Shown here piece by piece: positions 55,401-64,000 of a stretch of 64,000 bases of DNA. The stretch comes from Trichoplax adhaerens (Eukaryota; Animalia; Placozoa). Position numbers and translations under genes: made by a program. Position 1 is the first letter of the stretch. The number at the start of each line of letters is the position of its first letter. The notes below the pieces were generated by a model. It saw nothing but the letters and a program-made list of their open reading frames with translations. It was not told the origin of the DNA and did no database searches. The stretch is taken from assembly GCF_000150275.1 (NCBI RefSeq), contig NW_002060945.1, positions 2,255,172 through 2,319,171 of the forward strand, in the 5' to 3' direction.

Positions 55401-57599
55401 GGAGGTGGAAGGATTATTTTAATTGGCCGTCATCTAAAGGTATTTTTATTCCAGCCTGGTGGCATAAATTGTATTTTCAGTCTGGCATGTATAGTATTGA
55501 GTAATATTTCAACATTGGTTACAAGGCTTTAACTCGGTGATGAAGCTAGAGTTATATTCTATGATAGTTAGAAATGACGTGATTTTACTTCGCAGGTTTT
55601 ATTCTCAGCACTATCAAATGATATTTATCTGCACTATGAAACGGCAGTCATTAACTTCTGGCTATGTTCTATAATAGTTTCTATTTTGAAATTGATTTGA
55701 AATAAGTCTGAAATAATATGGTTGTTGTTAAATATGTATGGATAGATTGAATGAATAGAAGAAATGGCTGGTAAAAATAGGAATGAATTACATTAATATT
55801 AGTACAAATATCATAAAAATTATTTGATAACTGCAAAAGCGTGCCTGTATCAAAATCGATATCGGGTGTGGCCAGAGATAAAAATCTTTTAATTTTTATT
55901 ATATATTTGCGCCTAGGATTATTTATGGCACACAGTAGGTTATTGAAATCAACTCCCGTAAACAAGCAGAATCCATGATGACTTGTAATTAGAAATAAGA
56001 TATATTTGTTACAGCTATAATATTACGAAGCTATCATGATAAATTTGTTGTTATATGATTGATTTAAGTTATGACGTAGCATACACCTACCTACTAATTA
56101 ATTATCAACGATTACATTGCTAGTTATATCCTAATTATCAATTTTTAGCTAGATATACGGCTACTATCAAAGGTTAAGGGTCCAAAGTACAATGTCATGT
56201 AATGTCTTCATTTTCACTTAGACACTCCTATGTTTAATTAGCATAGTTTTTGACAGTTCGATTTGCAGATATTTAACTTTGTTTATAATAGTAAAACTTA
56301 ATTCATATAAGTATTGTATGTAAAACACTCATAAGGAATATTTATTCTACTTAGGAGAAAATTTCTCTGAATACAATAACATTGGAATATAAAGTCATTA
56401 ACAGTGCAATCATTTTGATCTGCCTTGACATGTAGTGGAATAGAAAATGGTATTAACTTTTACTCTAGAAATAGGTCGATAGATCTTAATTCATATAGAT
56501 ATAAATACGCATTTAATTAGCCAGCATTATGGATTGTTTACTTGCTAAACCGATCAATTTTGATTTACGAGTCGGTCTATTATAGCAAGTATCTGAGAAT
56601 TACTACGAGTCATGCAGTAGTAATTTAAGTATCGGCGGCTACTTCAGTGCAAAACTTTGTAGGGTTTGAAATCGTTTAAGCGAGGCAAATCCTAATGCAG
56701 TTCAGCCATAAACAAAATAGCAGATTGTGTCTGTAGATATTGATGTGAGATGGCATTCGATAGAAGAATTAATTCAGTTAATAAAGTGAAGTTAACAAGA
56801 AATCCAAGTTCATATCATATTATTATTGAACATTTTATTGTACGTAACAATATATTAGAACAGTAGTTCTTAAAAATGATAATTCTCGCCGGTTGCTGTC
56901 TTCTTCGATGATAATACATCTCTTCTGACTACTGCGTGTCTATTTTGAATATCATCGATTTTATTTATCTTACCAATCATACTGCGTTAGAAAAGCTTTA
57001 GACTTTCAATACCTGTATAGCACGGTTGATAGATTTATATATACCTGCAACTGTTCTATGATGAGAATTGCATTTATCCTTGTCTAAAATAATTGCACAA
57101 TCTATGTGAATCAATTTGCGGCAATCTTTGTTATAGCTTACAAAAGACAACTAAAGCACTTCGATTTAATATACTGTACAGTGCGATGTCTTGTAAATTG
57201 AAAACATCGACATGAATATATCAGTTCAATTCTCGATACCCTTTCTAAGTTCAACGTTTGATCTTCAAGCGTCCAATTCCAGTTCAGTATATAACATTAC
57301 AAGACTATGCTATATTGAATATGTGCCAATCTTTATTGTCATTACTTCCAACAGATAAATGCAGTATTGCTATTTACTATACTGAACTGTATAATGTGTA
57401 GTAAATTGAATATCGCTATGAGTATTGTATTGGCATTTTCTTCATGCCTTTTTTACCATCTAACTCGTTGTGCTGTACCCCTGCTCAATTCCGTGTTTGA
57501 TCTTTTAATTCTCAACTTGCAGTCTACTATACAGTATAGTATAACTGTCTATATCTGTCTCTATCTATAACTGTCGATATAAAAACAACAGCAAGCTAA

Positions 57600-58601
57600 G
57601 GGGAAATATCTCCATTGACCAAACAATCTTCAATTGATCCAAACTGGCCCTAGCCATAACGGTATCGACACGTGTGGTGCGCTGATACGAGTGATCCTCC
57701 AACGCACGCACCCATGACTACCCAATGCCTACTGCAGACTTACTACATTGTCTATGGGGTAAACGCCTATTGAATTGTCCAAAGATGCAAAAGGTCGGAC
57801 AATAAAACCTCTATTGATCATCTTACTATTGTAATGGTAATACAATTGTATTGCATTGTGCCACGGTGGGTTCAGTCATATTGTCCGTGGGTAAAATCCA
57901 TTGTGCGAAAGACGAAACACAAACAAGCCATTGGGTCCAGCAGCCTTAGTCTGTCTTGTTTATGTAGCGTCGTTGTTGGATGGTGTCACGTACGGTACGA
58001 TGTCCACAACAGTGTACTGGTACGTGATGTATTGGTAGGCTGATACCAGTACGTACGATTGTGTTACAAGTCGTCATTGTTACCTTGAGAAAACTGTACA
58101 GGGGCTGTCAGCCGTGAGTACAGTCAGCGTACAGTACAGTACAAGTTGACTGGACGACAGTCTACTGTACTCAGAGTATACTGTACGGTCAGGACAGTAC
58201 AATGTAGTGTACTGTACTGTACTGTACTGTACTGTACTGTACGGTCAGGACAGTACAATACAGTGTACTGTACGGTCAGGACAGTACAGTACAGTGTACT
58301 GTACTGTCGTACAAGTTGACTGGACGACAGTCTACAGTATGTACAGTACAGTACTTCACACAAGCGACGTCACAGTTTGCATAGTAAATTAGCCACTCAA
58401 TGACTGCTATGTCAATAGACCTTCAACTTCACTCTCGCCTTCAGTCGTCTGCAGTTGACTGTACAACTGAGTGAGTGTACATAGCGATTCTCCTCCGACC
58501 GGCTGAAGTTCATTACCATACACTAATGACTGGTAATGAGTCCACTGTTATTGCATGGTAATTTCTCGTTCAATTTTGGAAATTGATTGCCACAACCTTG
58601 G
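57600..58601 (+). promoter_or_regulatory. Putative promoter region and 5'UTR exon of CACNB
   Basis: Locally GC/CpG-richer; 12 ATTGT/ACAAT sites; CACGTG near 57669; GACGTCA near 58366. Consensus donor G|GTAAGT at 58601/58602 and a plausible acceptor TTTTAG at 59699. Confidence 0.4.
58118..58355. repeat. Complex GTAC-based mini/microsatellite
   Basis: (GTACT)n and (GTACA)n tracts; identical 27-bp repeats at 58139-58165 and 58309-58335; identical 21-bp units at 58181, 58237 and 58268. Confidence 0.95.
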
Positions 58602-59877
58602 GTAAGTTAATGCAAATGGTTAAGAATATCAATGGAAGACTTTCCTGAACAAGATTGATGTTAAAAGGAGTAGCCAATAGTCTTGTTGAACGCTCATTTC
58701 TTCTATACAACGCCAACGCGCGTCAAGACTTTGTCCACTTTTGACTAGAAAAAATATTTTATTTTTTTCACTAACGTTCCGACTTATGAAACGGATAAAA
58801 TGTCTTTAGTCGTACAAGAAATTCATTTTACCAGTCGAGAGTCCGTCTTTGGATAGTCTGTTATAGATCATTGGAGAGGAATCGGATGTTGCTATAAAAA
58901 AAATATCCTCGATATTTTAGTGTCACCCCAATAGCCAAGAAACTGACTTTTTGTTTCGAGTATCCACTCTATTTAATACACAACATTTTCCTACTTTATA
59001 ATAATGAAAAGGAGGAATAGACTTGCAATACTTTTAAATGAATCGCTAATGTTTTTTAGTTTTGTATAGCCATCTAGTATCGATACAACTATCCGAGTTT
59101 CCAGTGCTACTCTATCTTAGTCGATTTTCAATTCACTCTTGACGGATCGATTACGTACTGCACATTGAGGAAAAACATCCTATCAAGGTTATTCAAAGTT
59201 GTAGGACTAAAATTTCAGTTTTTACTGACAGTATCTTTAATTAATACTGAAGTATACAGTGGATACATTGATATGAAAGTTCTATTGAAGTACAACACCA
59301 TACATTTCAGAGAGTAAAGATTTCACTTTTTTTTATACTGAAATGACGTCTACGGTAAAATTCAGAAAATATAAGTCATATTGATCGCTTCTGTATGACT
59401 TGTAATATTGTTGTTCTACTATACATACTGTAGAAATGAAATACTTACAATATCACTTTAGTCTAGTACAGTATCAGTACTTATACAACATTGGATTCTA
59501 ATACGCTATTGTCTTGAAATTGATTCTATTTTTCAGAAAGCCTAATCGCTATATTACGTTGAAATATTATGACATAGAGAAGTTGATTCTCTCATATGTT
59601 ATTGGATATCAAGAAAAAGTAGATTGGTCTTGGATTTTTGGATGCTTATTTATCAATTTTTGCAACACGAGTGCTGATCGTCTGTTACATCAATTTTAGC
59701 AAGATATTCATCGTCTACACTCTCCCATTAATAATAATCAATACTTTGCATCGTACTTTATACCGCATTGTTTCAAGACGTTTATTACGCAAGGAATGAT
59801 ATGAATAGGCGATATTCACCCTAAGTTATAACAGGAAAATAGATTAATTATTCTGCCATACATATTACTCGATCAAG

Positions 59878-59976
59878 ATGCCTCAAGAACACAGCGATAG
59901 TTCTGCAAATGAGTCGACCTCCGGTCGTAGCAAAAAACAGTCAACAAGCAGTGGCGACGGAGCGGTGCAAACGCAG
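59878..59976 (+). CDS. CACNB: CACNB probable first coding exon (MPQEHSDSSANESTSGRSKKQSTSSGDGAVQTQ)
   Basis: ATG with an in-frame TAA upstream (59845-59847), GC-rich 99-bp frame, CAG|GTAAG phase-0 donor. Confidence 0.7.
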
Positions 59977-62900
59977 GTAAGCAACTTAGTGATTAATATT
60001 GTCTGCGTAATACATCATAAAAAGTTATAGCTAGGGTACTTTAGTGAGTTACGTTAAAATAGATGAGAAAAAAATCGATCAGCAATACCCAGCTACAACG
60101 GAAAGTACGCTTATTGTCATTTTGCAGTAGATAAACTACACTCGCAATGACAATTTAACTCATTCTGTCCCTAAACTAATGTTAAATCCGTTACCTACGT
60201 TAACGGAAAAATTGGTAGTAATGAATTAAATTTTTTTTTAGTTTACTTTTTCATCTTCAATTTCATGGAATGCTACCATTTCAAGATTATACCAAGTCTT
60301 CCATGTTCTAGTTATCTACTCCACTCAATGCCATGGTAACGTTCCAATTCTTTAATTGATGTCTTTAGTACGTGATCTCCCGTTATGCCAGTAAAATTAA
60401 GTGGGTAGTTATATCTCAGTCGGGGTCGGGAATGATGAGGTTTTTTATTGCAAGTTCACGGTAGACTTTTCATGGAATGACATCATATCGAAAATCACAT
60501 GAAAGTTTGAATTGCGTTGGCTACTGTACTATAGTGTACCGTAGGCTACGTTCAATACGATGTGTATCATAACACTTGAATGTTGGAGTCAATATCTTTA
60601 GCTGTTGATTCCAGCTTTTTAGCTATTACACTAATTGGGTTATTACATCTCGGTTGGGGTCGGGACAAGGTTTATATTGAAAGTTTAGGTTAACTTTTCA
60701 CGCAAGAACGTACCATCAAAGATTATACAGCTAGATTTCTGATCGGTAATACAGAATGCTGTAGTGAGTACTGTAAAAGTGTTGCACTGTAATGCGTAGT
60801 ATAGACGTTCAGTGCCATGGTAACGCTGGAACAACCACGCTCTATAATGTTATACTATAGGTATTGAATTTTTCGTCATACGATATGTCCTGTATTTATA
60901 ATGATTTAGTTAAGTTAATACAGTATTTCTCAGTTGGGATCGGGAGTTGCCACGTTATACATATTAGTCATGCACTACTTGGACTTTCGACGTAAATTTT
61001 TAAACAGTTAGCTTAGTTGTTTTAATCGCTTTAAACTTACCAATTTGCGTTAACCAACGTGCGTGGTATAGAAGATTATTACCAATATATACAGTACTTG
61101 ACAAACAGTATGACTACAAAACAGTTATCAATGATAAAACGCGAAACAATTCTAACCATAGTTCAACAATGTAAGGCAAGACTTCGATTGAAATCGCGAA
61201 TACAGTAGTTTTTTAATGCCAATTCTAGTTTCTAACATTAGAGTGCAAATTGATATCTTGCTTCGCATCTGTCTTATTGTTAATAGCCAACTTCTAGTTT
61301 TTACTGTTACAATAGTATTAACGCTGCTGCGTAAGCCCCAATCTATAAATTGGGTACCGTTTAATTGACTGCTGCAATTATCGATATGCCGTTAAATTGG
61401 TCAGAGTTAAAAATAAATTAGTCAGATTATTTGCCAAGTCGTGGTAGAATTGTAATTTCTTCCAATGATTGCTAACTGTAAAACCAATTTAATTGATGCC
61501 ACCATTTTTATATGATTTCGTACTACTGTACTGATTAAAGTTCTACGCTCGGTTGGATTACCATATCAAGAACTATTGCATTACATTATGCGCACATCTG
61601 ACATTCTCAGATCGTTACTACGATATTAGTTGTTCTACTATTATTGACTAGATTAAATGCCTCAGTGTATGTTAATTATCATATACAAGTATGGGATAAC
61701 TTTATACTAATCTCCGAACGAACAGATAGACGTAATAATGACTGTAATGTCCATGTATTTGCCGATGCGATATAAATTGGCATACCTAAATATTTCTATC
61801 CTAGGCAAAGCTGCTTTAAAGCAATAGTCTTTAAATTATTATTTGAAGAACTATATTGAATTGAATTGAATATTTTAATTCTTCTACTCTTTTTGTTCTC
61901 TTTGATAATACTTCCTATCTTAAAGAGAGTTTCCAAAATTCTATATAGCATTTTTGGTATTATATAGAGCTTGCCATTTAGATCAGTAGTCAATTTATAG
62001 CAAAAGTTCCGTTGGCATTAAAATAGCGGCCCTATATTAAGTAAATATATTTCGACATGCTTCAAATAAATAGTGGAATGGGTCATTTATGTGTACTAGC
62101 GTTGCATCCGCGTAAAGCAGAGATCTACATTGAGACATTATATCCTTACTGAAACTATGACAGTACAATAGACTCAACCAGTATTATTGTCTTGGCTATT
62201 AAATCTCAAATTCAGAATATCATTAGATGTTTGATGGTACATCTTTGGTTGTTTCTTTACTAATTTTTACAAATTAAAAAAGCCGACTTATACCTTATGC
62301 TATAAGCTTTTGCTATTGCATTAACTAATGAACGAATTTTTAAACCATTGATACAGCAATCACAGTAGATCATTAAGGCCTTATTACGTTGATCAATATC
62401 CTTACTAGATCCCAGTTTCTCGCGATACTAACTATTTCTCTATATTCTATAATCTTTCCAAGATGTGGGGAATTTTAAGAAGGCAGAAAAATGTTCAAAA
62501 GTCATTAGGCTCAACAACCAATGGTTCCGATACAAGTTCAGTTAAATCACAGGTATGCATTCGTATGTACCATGCCTATGTTAGGTCTGAAGTTGATAGT
62601 ACCCGAAACGCTACGAATTATTCATTTACTCACTTCTGCGATATAACGAGTAGAATAATTACTTAAATAAAGCGTAACAGTCTGAAATTTCAGTGTTAAC
62701 TTTAATTCTTCCATGATATATATGTACTATTGACTTTAATTAACGATGCTTAATACATAGTCTTAGTACTCTTGACACGTTTAAATTTGTTAAATTATCA
62801 ACTCGCAATTTTTTGAAATTTAGGAAGAGGACAACAATATACGAAGATCATCGTCTGCGTCAGACGATAGTGAAGGTGTTGAAGCAGAAAGTTGTAGACG

Positions 62901-63925
62901 AGAATTAGAAGATCGAGCCCGCGTGTCTTTAGACAGAGCCAAGGTTAATATAGAAGTATTGTCTATGAGCCACTGCTAGTACTTCTTTATTACTCTTCTG
63001 TTACTTATTGTTATTGTTTGTGACAATCTGATGTAGTCTAAGACCATTGCCTTTGCTGTACGGGCAAATGTCGGTTTTAACGGTTCCGTTGACGATGACT
63101 CTCCGCTCCCTGGATATGCTGTATCATTTGATTCGAAAAGTTTCTTGCATGTCATCGAAGTAAGTTATTATTCTTCTTCTTTTTGTTTATGTCAGTTTGC
63201 ATCACGAACACCTAAACTACTGATAAATTTTCTACTATAATTTTATAATATATTTTCTAACAAAAAACTTGCCTGTAAATTGCTAAAGGAATTTAATGAA
63301 GAATGGTGGATCGGAAGAGTTGTCAAAGTTGGTGCTGGATTTGGTTTTGTGCCTAGGTACTACAACCGATAGTGTTTTTATCTCATGATCATTACTGTTT
63401 ACTAGTGTTATAATCGACGCTTTTACGGATCGAATGCTTTTGCTATATTTATTTTTGCTAATGTAATGTAGCCCAATAAAATTTGAAAATTTGAAACTGC
63501 AAAGCAGTATTACGTCCATCAAATCAATTCCCAGAACTACTGCTAGGTACTAATATTAAAAAATATGTTAACTAAGCCATTGTAATGTCGAATATGCATT
63601 ATTTTATTGCATTAGTAAATAATAATATATTTTCGTTGTTGTAATAGATCTATCAGCAATCAAAATTATTTTAGTTACTACGTCAAGGAAGCTTCGACGT
63701 TTGTTGGTGCGACTGCTTCAGGTTTGCACTTTTATTGGACAGGATTTGTACTTTAGGTTGATAGCCTTACCGTTCGTATTGTTATCAATAGGGATTGATG
63801 AAATTTCTTCTCCACGTACTGTTGATATAACTTGCGAAGACGAGGAGGAATTCCCTGATGTCAAAGAAGAGCGTTCAGGAACCGGTCTTTCTGGCATTCG
63901 ATCGAAAAGAATACTTTTTAAGAAG
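59878..63925 (+). CDS. CACNB: Voltage-dependent calcium channel beta subunit (CaV-beta), 5' part; gene continues beyond the window
   Basis: Exons 59878-59976, 62463-62552, 62824-62943, 63037-63159, 63289-63356, 63472-63546, 63648-63721, 63792-63925, all GT-AG and in frame. Translation includes RRELEDRARVSLDRAK-SKTIAFAVRANV, AVSFDSKSFLHVIE, FNEEWWIGRVVK, GFVPSP.K.E and KRILFKK. These are the CaV-beta N-terminal helix, split SH3 and HOOK signatures. Confidence 0.94.
60327..60945. repeat. Degenerate ~240-290-bp tandem repeat in CACNB intron 1
   Basis: TCTCxGTxGGGxTCGGGA at ~60414, ~60647 and ~60927; TGCCATGGTAACG at 60329 and 60813. Confidence 0.75.
62463..62552 (+). CDS. CACNB: CACNB N-terminal exon (MWGILRRQKNVQKSLGSTTNGSDTSSVKSQ); internal cassette or alternative start
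   Basis: Pyrimidine tract plus AG immediately before the ATG; CAG|GTATG phase-0 donor; 90 bp. Confidence 0.75.
62824..62943 (+). CDS. CACNB: CACNB exon (EEDNNIRRSSSASDDSEGVEAESCRRELEDRARVSLDRAK)
   Basis: Matches RREAERQA..QLEKAK; 120 bp, phase 0-0. Confidence 0.93.
63037..63159 (+). CDS. CACNB: CACNB SH3 exon (SKTIAFAVRANVGFNGSVDDDSPLPGYAVSFDSKSFLHVIE)
   Basis: Matches TKPVAFAVRTNV...AISFEAKDFLHVKE; 123 bp. Confidence 0.96.
63289..63356 (+). CDS. CACNB: CACNB SH3 exon (EFNEEWWIGRVVKVGAGFGFVPS)
   Basis: WWIGR.VK and GF.PS motifs. Confidence 0.95.
63472..63546 (+). CDS. CACNB: CACNB exon (PIKFENLKLQSSITSIKSIPRTTA)
   Basis: Continues PSP.KLE..RLQ; phase 2-2. Confidence 0.88.
63648..63721 (+). 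CDS. CACNB: CACNB HOOK exon (SISNQNYFSYYVKEASTFVGATAS)
   Basis: Phase 2 to 1, as needed to bridge the neighbours; an alternative in-frame acceptor gives a start at 63675. Confidence 0.7.
63792..63925 (+). CDS. CACNB: CACNB long HOOK exon (GIDEISSPRTVDITCEDEEEFPDVKEERSGTGLSGIRSKRILFKK)
   Basis: Ends KRILFKK|GTAAG, like vertebrate KRMPFFKK; corresponds to part of track ORF 63701..64000. Confidence 0.9.
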
Positions 63926-64000
63926 GTAAGTTTTAGCAATTACCTAGATATTCTTATCTTGCTGTTGTTCTTATACTTATTTACGTTTATGGAGAATTAA

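Noticed and set aside
56974-57012. Minus-strand mini-exon ending ATG ATT G|GTAAG, phase-compatible with the PDE1 exon at 18867
   Set aside because: Would need a 38-kb intron; splice-like signals of this strength occur by chance, and there is no other support.
58139-58335. Repeat-spacer pattern resembling a CRISPR array
   Set aside because: The spacers are themselves microsatellite, the context is eukaryotic, and there are no cas genes.
58124-58392. Cys/Tyr/Thr/Val-rich ORFs on both strands
   Set aside because: Translations of the GTAC microsatellite; no protein signature.
63283-63939. Minus-strand ORFs 63283..63522 and 63718..63939
   Set aside because: Antisense shadows of CACNB exons.

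Overview
AT-rich (~30% GC by eye) eukaryotic animal DNA with short GT-AG introns. The composition and compact introns suggest an early-branching animal such as a placozoan, but this is an inference. Two intron-containing calcium-signalling genes lie head-to-head. A Ca2+/calmodulin-dependent cyclic nucleotide phosphodiesterase (PDE1) is on the minus strand: 15 hand-spliced, phase-consistent exons at ~100-18844 give ~583 aa with an intact catalytic domain. A voltage-gated calcium channel beta subunit (CACNB) is on the plus strand from 59878 and runs off the window end: 8 exons encode the N-terminus, SH3 and HOOK regions. Between the genes is ~41 kb with no gene I can recognise, containing about a dozen unrelated, degenerate local tandem duplications. 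Just upstream of CACNB is a GC-richer, Sox-motif-dense segment plus a self-complementary GTAC minisatellite. A strongly G/T-skewed ~850 bp island inside a PDE1 intron may be a mitochondrial insertion. Almost all ORFs in the supplied track are spurious. I found no CRISPR array, tRNA, intact transposon or convincing novel multi-gene system. The most interesting leads are gene-structure and regulatory observations.
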